A stretch of 33,611 nt of DNA from a bacterium (GTDB lineage Bacteria; Patescibacteriota; Microgenomatia; Daviesbacterales; UBA10151), in the NCBI GenBank assembly GCA_027364775.1, contig DAHXOS010000014.1:1-33611 (forward strand). Reading direction: 5' to 3'. The notes under the pieces are model-generated. The model did no database searches, had not been told where the DNA came from, and was given only the letters and a program-made list of their open reading frames with translations. This document shows positions 1 through 9,334 of this stretch, piece by piece. A program made the translations under genes and the position numbers. Every line of letters begins with the position of its first letter. The stretch's first letter is position 1.

Positions 1-2
1 AA

Positions 3-86
3 TACATTGAAACACATAATCAAAAACCAAACCAAGGAGATGATGAATTCTTCACTTTGGAGATTGAATCTAAAGGAAAGGAGTAA
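3..86 (+). CDS. tnpA: 3' end of IS200/IS605-family HUH transposase (partial, runs off the left edge)
   Basis: Manual translation YIETHNQKPNQGDDEFFTLEIESKGKE* resembles the YIxxH/Q C-terminal catalytic-Tyr helix of TnpA and is followed directly by typical end hairpins. Only 27 codons are visible. Confidence 0.65.
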   Translation, partial: YIETHNQKPNQGDDEFFTLEIESKGKE

Positions 87-142
87 GAAGGACTTTCAGT
101 CCCCTTCAAACCTATGCACTTTCAGTGCATAGTGGTTTAGTA
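87..142 (+). mobile_element. IS200/IS605-type right-end hairpins
   Basis: GGACT-TTC-AGTCC (90-102) and CTATGCACT-TTC-AGTGCATAG (112-132, flanked by AAACC/GGTTT) immediately after the tnpA stop codon. Confidence 0.6.
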
Positions 143-166
143 GTTTCAGTGCATAGTGGTTTAGTA
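120..166. repeat. 23-bp direct tandem duplication TTTCAGTGCATAGTGGTTTAGTA
   Basis: Exact copies at 120-142 and 144-166. Confidence 0.95.
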
Positions 167-232
167 TGCCCTGCAAGAAAATGGGCAAAACATTAACTTG
201 AGAAAATAATAAGTTAGGATGATAATCTAGTT

Positions 233-3200
233 ATGCCAGAGAAAGATATTCAAAAATCCTGGTCATTTATAGAAACCCTGATAAAGTACTATAAGGAATT
301 TCTAGAAACTGATTTTCGGTCCAGGTACAAACCTAAGCGTAAAGTAGTTTTAACACAAAATGAAGGCTTGGTTGGTCTAGAAATGACCAAGTACTCTGGG
401 CTAAACAATTTAGTATTAGACCTCTTAACAAAAAAGTTCGATGTTCCAAAGCTTAAAGATATAGGCGAAGGTGAGTTTGCTATTTACCCAGATCAAAAAG
501 CTACAGATTTTATTGGTGGCTTAATAGATAAGCATGGTAAATTAAATGAGGAAAAGTTAATTGAAGAGATTCTTGATGGCTTTGAAGACTATCTTAAAAA
601 AAGTAAATACTTAGAAGAAAGTAACTTACTATACAGCAGGGCAGAGCTTAGATCTTTACTGAAAGAAGTTCCATCTGCAAAATACGCTGCTGTTGTAAAG
701 AAATATAAACTTTTTGATTTCTATAGGGATATTACAGTAGTGCTACAAACAAAAAAGCTCACTGACAAAACTGATTTTTATTTTTACTTTTATGAAATCA
801 AATTTGATGGAGATAGCTACCCAATATTCTACATCCCAGTTAGTATTGAGCACCCATCCTTATTGGAAGGAACTAAGCCTCACTATAGTCTTAACTTTGA
901 AGGTAGTCCTATCCTTTATGTAAACGAGAAAGCTTGCCAATATATTTCAGAGAGATTATCAGAATCGGAAAGATATAAAGTAAAAATCGATCTTCCCAAA
1001 AGGCAAATCTATTGGAATGAGGCTGAAGATTTTACAGGGGCTTTAAATGAAATATTAACTAAGTTATGTAACAGGTTTGAGTTGACTCATTTTGACTTGA
1101 ATGATCGGAATGTAAAGACCGAAAAAGAGAATGTAAAAGCAACATCGAATTGTTATGTAACACTTTTTGATAAGTCAGATGAAGCTATAATCAATGATTA
1201 TGAAGAGTTATTGCTTCTTTTAGAACAGGCAGATCCAAAGGCACTAGAAATCTTTAGTAAACTCATACAAGATTTCTTACTAAATAATCCTAAAGTTGTC
1301 ACTCTAGACGTTGATGATGAGTTTAACAGTTTAAGTATAAGTGAAAAATTAACTTATAGAAGCCCAATTTCGCTTAATTCTGAGCAAATAAAGATTCTTC
1401 AGGCCCTTAAAAAGGATGAAGTCAGGAGTGTTATTGTTGAGGGTCCTCCAGGAACAGGAAAAAGCCACACTATTGCTGCAATAATTTACGATGCGCTTTT
1501 AAATAATAAGTCAGTGCTTATGACTTCCGATAAAAAAGAAGCGTTGGACGTAGTAGAAGAAAAGATAACCGATATTTTAGAGAAGATAAAGGTAAATGAT
1601 GATGGTTTTGTTCAAAACCCTATTTTAAGACTCGGACAGACGAAGAATAATTTTAATAAAATCTTCCAAACTCAAAATTTTGAAAAAATAAAAGATCGTT
1701 TCGGAGCTTATAAATTTAATCATGATAATATCCAGGAAGAGATCAGAGAGCGTGTTCAGCAAATGCAAGATGATATCAGTAATGAGGTTAAATATAACCA
1801 ACTTTTCTATGGTGAAATTCTCGAAGCAATTCAGCAAGTGATAAAGTTTGAAAATAACAATCTTGAACGCTGGAAAAAATTGATAGATGTTGAAGAACTG
1901 AAGCTAAATGATAGCTCCGATAAGCTTGCTTCCTTATATAAAATCGTTAAAGCGTTTATAGGAAAAGATGTTAATCTTCAAATTGCTTCTGCCTCATGGT
2001 TACAGGAACATCTCGATGAAGAATCTGAAAGACAAATAGAATCGATCTCTGAAGGTTTAGAATCAATAGAAAAATTGATAGAAAATGCTACCAACAAATC
2101 AAGACTAAAGCAAATTATTGAGATAATATCATCCAACCAGAATAATAAAAATTGGGAAAATTTCAAAATTGTCGGTGAAAAATTAGCAGGAATAACAGAA
2201 TATTTTGGCGCAAATGATAAAGATTTGCTGTTTAAGTCTATAAATGACTTTCTTGCCTTAGAAAAAATATCTGAGCTCAAACAAAACTGCGAAAAGATTG
2301 CTGATATATTTCATAGAATTTACCTTATCCATTATGAGCATAAATCTAATTACGGACATAGATTAATTGATGATTTAAATTCTAAGAATAACGCAGTCTT
2401 GGCAAATTACCTGGATGAAATCAGAAAACTTAAATTTTTATTCTGGACTTTTATCAAAAAATCCGAAATTGCGTCCTTGAATAGAAAATTAAAACTCGCT
2501 TTTCCAGCCTCTCAATTGGATAAACCCCATTCCATGATTCCAAGATTGGAATCTGAATACTTGCTTTATCAAGAAACTGTGAAGTTAAGGGAAGAGCTTA
2601 CAAAAGAGTCTACGCTTGTCTGCTCTTTACTTGATGATAAGTATCTAAATGAGAATATTAGCGACGAAAAATTCGATCAAATTAAAGGAAAACTTAATTC
2701 ATTAGTTGATTTATTAGAAGAGTTGGAGGGTGTAGTTGATCAATCTAGAATATTAGATCTTTGCAAATTAGTCTCTACTAACAAAAATATGCTAACAACT
2801 GGCGAGCAAATTCAGGAAGTTGTTACTGCTTATCAGATAACGGAAACAATCAACAATATTGAAGATGCAGTTAAGAAACTGAACTTGCCTGTGTTCGGTT
2901 GGGAAGAATTAGTAGATAGTAAAGTTGCTGATTTTGTTGATGAAGATAAACTTGAAAACTTGGAAGACAAATTTGCAGAGCTAGCAGCAACACTTGAGTA
3001 TCTAGGAGATAAAACAGAGGAGTTAGGTAAACTGCCCTCGATTCAAAATACCATACCCAGTACTCTCAAAAAACTGTCAATAGATATCGAGAATATAGAT
3101 TCATATAAATCAAGCCAAGTTTCAAAAATTGATGAAGATGAATTAGAAGAACTTTTAGTTTATTTTGAGAACCTTACAAAAATTAGAAATCACTACACTA

Positions 3201-4861
3201 ATCACCAGATGTCTAACTACAACCTCGACAGAGCCCTTCTCCAGAATAGATACATAGCTAACATGACCTATATTCTGGATAAAAAGGTTGTTGAATTTAG
3301 AACTGAACATTCAGCAGATGCACAATCGATTAGACAAATTATAAGATCAAAATCACAGATTCCTAAAAAATATTTGCGAATTTTAGTAGAAGCATTCCCT
3401 TGTTTGATAGTAAATATTCGTGAACTAGGAGAATATTTACCTCTAGAACCAGAATTATTTGATGTAGTCATTATTGATGAGGCTTCGCAAGTAAGCATCG
3501 CGCAAGCATTTCCTGCATTACTCAGAGCTAAAAAGATTGTTGTGCTTGGAGATACAAAACAATTTAGCAATGTTAAAACGTCTACAGCAAGCATTCCTAT
3601 TAACAATGAGGTATTTAGTATGGTGAAAGAAACCTACTCAAAAGATATTAAAGATCTTGATGTAGAGACTAGAGAAGCAATAAAGGACAAAATTAGGAGA
3701 TTTAATATCAAAGTCTCCATTTTGGAGTTTATGCAAGCCCTTGCTAATTATCAGGTTATGTTACTTAAACACTTCCGTTGTTATACAGAGGTTATTGAAT
3801 ACTCCAACAAGAATTTTTATGGAGGTAGATTACAGGTCATGAAGTTAAGAGGGAAAAATATTAAAGATGTCATCCGCTTTGAAATTGTTGACGATTGTAA
3901 GGAATCTGTTCAAGAATCGGGTGCTACTACCAGAATTATAGAAAATACCAATGGAAATGAGGCCAAGCTAATTTTAGCTGAGTTAGAGAAACTAGCAGAA
4001 AAAGGCTGTAAAGAGTCTGTGGGAGTAATAACACCTTTTAGGAATCAGCAAAAATATATTTATGAGATGCTTAGGCAATCTTCTAAATACGGATACTTAG
4101 AAGAGAAAATGAAACTCAAAGTGATGACTTTTGACACTTGCCAAGGAGAAGAAAGAGATATTGTGTATTACTCAATGGTGGAAAGCCCTTCCAATAATGC
4201 TAAGCTCAATACTATTTTTGCTAAAGCGATGTCTGGAGATGACGAAGAAGGTAAGTTAAGAGAACAGCGCTTAAATGTAGGTTTAAGTCGTGCTAAAGAG
4301 ACAGTGATATTTGTAATAAGTAAACAACCAGAAGATTTCAAAGGAGAAATAGGAGCAGCAATTAGGACCTTTAAGAGTGAGCTTGAAAACAGTCTAAAAT
4401 TGCCTGAACCTAACGAAACAGAATCAGAAGGAGAAAAACTGCTTTTAGGGTTGGTTCAACAGACTAATTTTTATAAGCAAAACAAGGATTGGATTGATAT
4501 CCAGTCTCAATTCCCAATTGGGAAGTATTTAAGGATGATTAACAAAGCAGATATTCCATTATACAGAACAGATTTTCTGCTCACCTACAGCCCACCGAAT
4601 GCTAAACCTGTAAGCATTATCTTAGAATATGATGGTTTTGAATATCATTTTCAAGATGGATATGAAGTAAACAGATCAAACTTTGATGATTTTTATGTGA
4701 CGCAAGATGTTGAAAGACAAAAGGCTTTGGAGACTTACGGATATGAATTCGTTAGAGCCAATAAGTTTATTTTAGCTGATGATCCCATCGGTAATTTAGA
4801 TCAAAAATTTGACTTCATTGTAAAAAAAAAGACCTTTCAGACTCCCTCCTTGAAGAATTAA
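233..4861 (+). CDS. Large SF1 (DNA2/NAM7/UPF1-like) helicase with long helical insert and C-terminal Vsr/DUF559-like PD-(D/E)xK nuclease domain; probable defence protein
   Basis: Walker A GPPGTGKS, IIDEASQ, LGDTKQ, HFR, VGVITPF, TFDTCQGEERD and RLNVGLSRAK motifs; C-terminal RTDFLL..ILEYDGFEYH..ERQKALETYGYEFVR. Confidence 0.9.
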   Translation: MPEKDIQKSWSFIETLIKYYKEFLETDFRSRYKPKRKVVLTQNEGLVGLEMTKYSGLNNLVLDLLTKKFDVPKLKDIGEGEFAIYPDQKATDFIGGLIDKHGKLNEEKLIEEILDGFEDYLKKSKYLEESNLLYSRAELRSLLKEVPSAKYAAVVKKYKLFDFYRDITVVLQTKKLTDKTDFYFYFYEIKFDGDSYPIFYIPVSIEHPSLLEGTKPHYSLNFEGSPILYVNEKACQYISERLSESERYKVKIDLPKRQIYWNEAEDFTGALNEILTKLCNRFELTHFDLNDRNVKTEKENVKATSNCYVTLFDKSDEAIINDYEELLLLLEQADPKALEIFSKLIQDFLLNNPKVVTLDVDDEFNSLSISEKLTYRSPISLNSEQIKILQALKKDEVRSVIVEGPPGTGKSHTIAAIIYDALLNNKSVLMTSDKKEALDVVEEKITDILEKIKVNDDGFVQNPILRLGQTKNNFNKIFQTQNFEKIKDRFGAYKFNHDNIQEEIRERVQQMQDDISNEVKYNQLFYGEILEAIQQVIKFENNNLERWKKLIDVEELKLNDSSDKLASLYKIVKAFIGKDVNLQIASASWLQEHLDEESERQIESISEGLESIEKLIENATNKSRLKQIIEIISSNQNNKNWENFKIVGEKLAGITEYFGANDKDLLFKSINDFLALEKISELKQNCEKIADIFHRIYLIHYEHKSNYGHRLIDDLNSKNNAVLANYLDEIRKLKFLFWTFIKKSEIASLNRKLKLAFPASQLDKPHSMIPRLESEYLLYQETVKLREELTKESTLVCSLLDDKYLNENISDEKFDQIKGKLNSLVDLLEELEGVVDQSRILDLCKLVSTNKNMLTTGEQIQEVVTAYQITETINNIEDAVKKLNLPVFGWEELVDSKVADFVDEDKLENLEDKFAELAATLEYLGDKTEELGKLPSIQNTIPSTLKKLSIDIENIDSYKSSQVSKIDEDELEELLVYFENLTKIRNHYTNHQMSNYNLDRALLQNRYIANMTYILDKKVVEFRTEHSADAQSIRQIIRSKSQIPKKYLRILVEAFPCLIVNIRELGEYLPLEPELFDVVIIDEASQVSIAQAFPALLRAKKIVVLGDTKQFSNVKTSTASIPINNEVFSMVKETYSKDIKDLDVETREAIKDKIRRFNIKVSILEFMQALANYQVMLLKHFRCYTEVIEYSNKNFYGGRLQVMKLRGKNIKDVIRFEIVDDCKESVQESGATTRIIENTNGNEAKLILAELEKLAEKGCKESVGVITPFRNQQKYIYEMLRQSSKYGYLEEKMKLKVMTFDTCQGEERDIVYYSMVESPSNNAKLNTIFAKAMSGDDEEGKLREQRLNVGLSRAKETVIFVISKQPEDFKGEIGAAIRTFKSELENSLKLPEPNETESEGEKLLLGLVQQTNFYKQNKDWIDIQSQFPIGKYLRMINKADIPLYRTDFLLTYSPPNAKPVSIILEYDGFEYHFQDGYEVNRSNFDDFYVTQDVERQKALETYGYEFVRANKFILADDPIGNLDQKFDFIVKKKTFQTPSLKN

Positions 4862-5391
4862 GCGATGCTTTTATTAAGTCAAAGCAGGTACAGTGCAAAT
4901 CCTGCCATCAATATAAGGATAAAAGTGAATTTCCGAAATTGAGCAGATGGAATGCTAGATTTAGATTTTATTGCCAGTACTGTTTAGCAAACAATTGGGT
5001 TGGGCATAGTACCTATATTAATTCGGAGTGGGAAGGTTTGTTAAGAGATCAACCAAAACGAGAACTAAATAGAACTGAAACGAATCGACTAGAAGCATTT
5101 ATTAAAAATCCTACTGCTTATGCTAGTGGTAGCGAAAAGTCTAAAGAAAAAATCCAATATCTAAAAGATAAAATTAGACCTATGCTGTCTCACATTGACT
5201 TAGTGAGGTATTATCAGGCCAAAAGAGAATATGACTCTGCTAGACAAAATATAAATTTATTTAAAGATCCCAAGTGTCCTAGGTGTGGTTCTAAAATGGT
5301 TAGAAGATCAGGTAAATTCGGTGAATTCTGGGGTTGCTTAAAATATCCTTTGTGTAAAGGCACCCTTAATATTCACTGGGCTCATAAGTAA
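4831..5391 (+). CDS. Zinc-finger plus topoisomerase-type C4 zinc-ribbon region; probably the -1-frame continuation of the helicase (ORF-track start 4939 is a TTG)
   Basis: Frame is open from 4813 to 5391 and encodes CKSC..CQYC and CPRCGSKMVRRSGKFGEFWGCLKYPLC. Confidence 0.75.
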   Translation, partial: DLSDSLLEELSDAFIKSKQVQCKSCHQYKDKSEFPKLSRWNARFRFYCQYCLANNWVGHSTYINSEWEGLLRDQPKRELNRTETNRLEAFIKNPTAYASGSEKSKEKIQYLKDKIRPMLSHIDLVRYYQAKREYDSARQNINLFKDPKCPRCGSKMVRRSGKFGEFWGCLKYPLCKGTLNIHWAHK

Positions 5392-5725
5392 TTACACTCG
5401 ATTAGTGCCCTCTCATTTTAATGGCAAGTTATGAGTGAGTAGGCTGAGATACATTGGTAACACTTTTAAGGTAGAATTTTTACCATAAGGAAAGTATCAA
5501 AGAAATGGGTGCTTGACAGAGGTGATATTATGTACAAGGTATTACTGAAAAACTTTAGGCAAAATCCGCTCTAAAGTTGTCTAGACCCTTACTCAAAATC
5601 AGCAAGGCCAAATTAGAAGTAAGGACACTATAAACAGCAATGAGCCTATTCCCCCTAGGGATAAAGAACATTGATATAGTTTGATATATGGCGCAACCAA
5701 TGATGATTAGTTTATACTGATTTCA

Positions 5726-6823
5726 ATGCAAAAAATATCTGCAAAAATACCTAAGATTCTTTCTCTATTTTCAGGTTGTGGTGGTATGGATTTAGGATTT
5801 GTACAGGAAGGTTATAAAGTTGTGTGGGCAAATGATAATTTCCATGCTGCTTGCAAAACTTACAGGAAGAATTTTGGGGATCATATCTTTGAAGGCAATA
5901 TTGCTGATGTAGATTTTAGCAAAGTTCCAAATTGTGATATTATTTTAGGCGGATTTCCATGTCAAGATTTTTCGATGATATGGAAAAGAGGAGGGATAGA
6001 AACTGATAGAGGAAATCTCTACAAACATTTTGTTCGCGCAGTAGCAGCTAAAATGCCTAAGGTATTTATAGCAGAAAACGTTAAGGGTTTACTTACAGTT
6101 AATAAAGGTATGGCAATAAAACAAATAGTCAGAGACTTCCAAAAAGTAGATGGTTATGGATATCGCCTATACATAAATTTATTTAATTTTGCTGAATACG
6201 GGGTCCCTCAACTCCGAGAGAGAGTTTTAATTGTAGGCATAAGAAATGATATTCCATACGTGTTCAAAAAGCCGAAACCTAGTCATTATCCAGGAAGTTA
6301 TGTAACTGCGGGAGAAGCTCTAAAAGATGTGGAGCAGGTAGCTCATAATAATGAACACTTAAATATAAAGGATAGAACAAAAATGATTATTAGCTTAATT
6401 CCAGAAGGAGGTAATTTTACTGATATACCGAAAGATAGTCCTTATTATGTCAAAGGAATGATTAGTCATGTATACAGGAGATTACACCAGGATAAACCAT
6501 CTACTACAATTATTGCTGGCGGTGGAGGTGGTACTTGGGGCTATCATTTTGAGGAGCCAAGACCCTTGACTAACAGAGAGAGAGCAAGATTGTTTGGTTT
6601 TCCTGATGATTTTATTTTCACTGGAAGTATAGCCGAAGTTAGAAAACAAATTGGTAATGCCGTCCCCCCGACAGGGGTAAGAGCTGTAGCAAAGGAGCTC
6701 AGGAGGTTATTTACGGGTGAATATGATAAAGTTCATACTGAAGACCTAAAACCTCTCTCCGGAGATGCTTTAAGATATGTTGATTTTAATCAAATTCAAC
6801 AGCTAAGTCTTATACAGATATAA
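5726..6823 (+). CDS. dcm: DNA (cytosine-5)-methyltransferase of a type II R-M system
   Basis: LFSGCGG (motif I), GGFPCQ (IV), ENV (VI), QLRER (VIII), LTNRERARLFGFPD (IX), IGNAVP (X). Confidence 0.97.
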   Translation: MQKISAKIPKILSLFSGCGGMDLGFVQEGYKVVWANDNFHAACKTYRKNFGDHIFEGNIADVDFSKVPNCDIILGGFPCQDFSMIWKRGGIETDRGNLYKHFVRAVAAKMPKVFIAENVKGLLTVNKGMAIKQIVRDFQKVDGYGYRLYINLFNFAEYGVPQLRERVLIVGIRNDIPYVFKKPKPSHYPGSYVTAGEALKDVEQVAHNNEHLNIKDRTKMIISLIPEGGNFTDIPKDSPYYVKGMISHVYRRLHQDKPSTTIIAGGGGGTWGYHFEEPRPLTNRERARLFGFPDDFIFTGSIAEVRKQIGNAVPPTGVRAVAKELRRLFTGEYDKVHTEDLKPLSGDALRYVDFNQIQQLSLIQI

Positions 6824-6827
6824 ACAA

Positions 6828-7754
6828 ATGGATAAAAAAATAACAACAGCACCGCTATCCTCTAATGCAAAAGATTATTTAACAAAGGACGAATTATTAA
6901 AGGAGTTAGAAGAACAAGGGCTTCCTCTATCCGAAAAACAGATAGATTTTAGAAGAAAGAATGGTGAAATCAATGGAAAAATTGTTCCTCCAGAATTAAA
7001 TTTCGTAAAGATTAAAGGAAATGGATCAAGGCTCATGATTAAGAAAGACGAAGCAGTGCAATACATAGCAAGATTGAAAAAACAATCAGTTAACATTACC
7101 TACAAAGATGTTAAAAGTATCGTTGAAAGTTATGATGATGTTATGCTTAAACCAGCTAGGGCAGCAATGCGACAAAACAGGAATTTTACTGGAAAAATAG
7201 AAGATGAAGTAAAAGGTAAGCTTGTTGAATGGGGGTTAGCTAAGTATGCATATGAGAAAGTTGATCTTGAACTTGTAATAGATTTTGCACTTATAACAGT
7301 CAACACTAGGAAAAGAGACGAAGGAGATTTTGTTAAATGTTTAGTTAACAGTAAAGAAAAGAATATCCCTGATGAACTTAAGGTCTCTGTCAAATCCACC
7401 TCTGGAAACTTACTTGCAGTCCCTGAAGTAGAAACTTCATGGGAAGGTGAATGGTTTGTGTTAGCTAAACTCCATATCGAGGATAAGTTCTTATATGATG
7501 CTATTAAAGCCGGTTTAGGTCTTATGGAGCTTGATTTAGATAGAAACTTAGGCTGGTTTGAAATACGCGGTTTCGTTTCAAAAAAAGATTTCACAAATTC
7601 AGAAATTTCTTATAAAGGAGTGAATCTACCCGCCCCTTTTAAAATGGATAATGATTTCGGCAGGGATAATTATATAATGTTGCCCACTCAACTTAATCAA
7701 AACCCAGAGGATTTTATATCTCTGTTAGAGAAAATAAAAAAATCAGTTTCATAA
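6828..7754 (+). CDS. Putative restriction endonuclease (PD-(D/E)xK) with N-terminal excisionase-like HTH
   Basis: Starts 4 bp after the MTase and precedes a vsr remnant; candidate catalytic DEGDF...SVKS; N-terminal YLTKDELLKEL..LSEKQI..KNGEI pattern. Confidence 0.65.
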   Translation: MDKKITTAPLSSNAKDYLTKDELLKELEEQGLPLSEKQIDFRRKNGEINGKIVPPELNFVKIKGNGSRLMIKKDEAVQYIARLKKQSVNITYKDVKSIVESYDDVMLKPARAAMRQNRNFTGKIEDEVKGKLVEWGLAKYAYEKVDLELVIDFALITVNTRKRDEGDFVKCLVNSKEKNIPDELKVSVKSTSGNLLAVPEVETSWEGEWFVLAKLHIEDKFLYDAIKAGLGLMELDLDRNLGWFEIRGFVSKKDFTNSEISYKGVNLPAPFKMDNDFGRDNYIMLPTQLNQNPEDFISLLEKIKKSVS

Positions 7755-7767
7755 ATATGCATAAGTT

Positions 7768-7974
7768 ATGGATAACCTCACTAAAGAGCAGCGAAAACTT
7801 AATATGTCTCGTATTAGAAGCATTAGTATGAGATTAGAATAAACATTCTTCGAATTGTTAGAAAAGAATAATATCTCGTTTGTTAAATACCCTACACTAT
7901 ATGGTAAACTAGATTGCCAAATAGATGTTAAGATACTGATTTTCTTAGATAACGATTTTCAGACAGGGTTATAA
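7768..7974 (+). pseudogene. vsr: Very-short-patch repair endonuclease remnant (internal stop, truncated)
   Basis: MDNLTKEQRKLNMSRIRS..LE*..LYGKLD..LIFLDNDF matches the Vsr N-terminal half; TAA at 7840-7842; the FWH motif and C-terminus are missing. Confidence 0.85.
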
Positions 7975-8468
7975 AATCTCATTAAAGCATTATACTGTGA
8001 GTCTAATTCATCTTCATCTGGAGCATGTAAATGATGTAAATCTAAATTATATTTACTATTCCGATATGTGGCTTGATAATAATCAGTTCCTATATTATTT
8101 CTAATTATTCTTTTTACTTTATCTAATAAAGCTAAGTCCTCTAAATGTTCTCTACTAAACACAAAAGCATGTGAAACGTTATGATCAGGAGAATAAAGTA
8201 ACCTTAATGTCATCAGCCATAAATAGCTATGTGGTTGGTCTACTCTAACAGGATAAATATATCTTGCAAATAATTCAAATTTATCTGTTTTTAGCTCTTC
8301 TTCTAATTTAAGACTTGCTACTTTTATTCCTTCTCTAACTACTGCTATTTTCCCGGATGCCGAGGGGTGCACTATAAAGAAAGGGCGAATAGGTGAATTA
8401 TTAATAGGTAGCCTAGGTAAAGGATCAAAATATGGTTCATGTTCGGAATTAATCAATATTTCTTTCAT
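7959..8468 (-). CDS. Hypothetical protein, possibly a divergent nucleoside-diphosphate-kinase-like fold
   Basis: 169-aa ORF; FFIVHPS near the N-terminus and KRIIR..IG..HHLHAPDE near the C-terminus echo the NDK pattern; 4-bp overlap with the upstream gene. Confidence 0.5.
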   Translation of the reverse strand: MKEILINSEHEPYFDPLPRLPINNSPIRPFFIVHPSASGKIAVVREGIKVASLKLEEELKTDKFELFARYIYPVRVDQPHSYLWLMTLRLLYSPDHNVSHAFVFSREHLEDLALLDKVKRIIRNNIGTDYYQATYRNSKYNLDLHHLHAPDEDELDSQYNALMRFYNPV

Positions 8469-9289
8469 GATATATGACTTCCAGCATGTAGGTATGTTGC
8501 TAAACTTGAGCCTAACTTTACACCTAGAGGATTAAATGGATAAATCTGGTTACTTGTATTTTTATCAGAATATAGGACAAAACAATTCCTATCTAAATCT
8601 AGCCATTCTTCAATAATAAATGGGAAAGGAGTTTTATCATTTTTGCAATCTATGTTTAAAACTTCTGGTCTAAGATTAAATGTACATGGAGGATAAGCTC
8701 TCAGTTCAATAAATTCACCTGGAATATTCCTATCAAAATAATGATTCACTCGTTTTTGAAAATCTGGCATTGACTGAATTATTCTGTGAGTTAATTCAGC
8801 AGTAAACGTTTGCGCTAACCATGGACCTTGTCCATTCACCTGCTGCCAAGATGGCGTATATAATTCTGGTCTTTTATAGAATTCATCAAATGCATGATGT
8901 TTTTGCTCTATCCATGCATGAGTACCATGAAGATCAGGGTTTTTCACTAACCAATTAATAAGGTCAATCGCCCTTTCTTCTACTTTTTCTTTTATAGTCT
9001 GATTTTGTGATGGTTCTGAAGTACACACCCATACATCTAAATCCGAGCTAACACGAGGGAAAATATGTCGACCGGATCTATTAAGTATTTTAAGATAAGC
9101 TTCTAGTAAAGGTGTACTATGTTCAATAGTATAACAAGGGGCGAGAGATATCTTCTGTGCTAAGCTACCAGTAATCAAAACACCCGTAACATCAGGATAT
9201 TTTTTAGATAAATCAGCAACAGTATCTTTCAAAACACATAATTCTTCTGGTTTTAAAAACACACTTAAAAAGGATTGTTGAAGTTCCAT
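8465..9289 (-). CDS. Pol-beta-superfamily nucleotidyltransferase-like protein
   Basis: hhhGS motif (GVLITGSLA) followed after an insert by SDLDVWV. Confidence 0.65.
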   Translation of the reverse strand: MELQQSFLSVFLKPEELCVLKDTVADLSKKYPDVTGVLITGSLAQKISLAPCYTIEHSTPLLEAYLKILNRSGRHIFPRVSSDLDVWVCTSEPSQNQTIKEKVEERAIDLINWLVKNPDLHGTHAWIEQKHHAFDEFYKRPELYTPSWQQVNGQGPWLAQTFTAELTHRIIQSMPDFQKRVNHYFDRNIPGEFIELRAYPPCTFNLRPEVLNIDCKNDKTPFPFIIEEWLDLDRNCFVLYSDKNTSNQIYPFNPLGVKLGSSLATYLHAGSHIS

Positions 9290-9334
9290 CTTTCTTCTGA
9301 TGGAATGATACTATAGAAATCAATCTAGGTCAAA

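Noticed and set aside
112..166. CRISPR mini-array
   Set aside because: Only two adjacent copies separated by 1 nt, no spacers and no cas genes; better explained as an IS end.
1625..3606. Antisense ORFs within the helicase (and similar shadow ORFs at 6875, 7130, 11433, 11733, 16441, 17633, 19600, 20136, 20953, 23622, 24015, 24675, 25035, 25437, 26831)
   Set aside because: They overlap well-supported genes and have no recognisable motifs.
5392..5725. Gene remnant or ncRNA between the zinc-ribbon ORF and the MTase
   Set aside because: No convincing ORF, motif or stable structure seen by eye.
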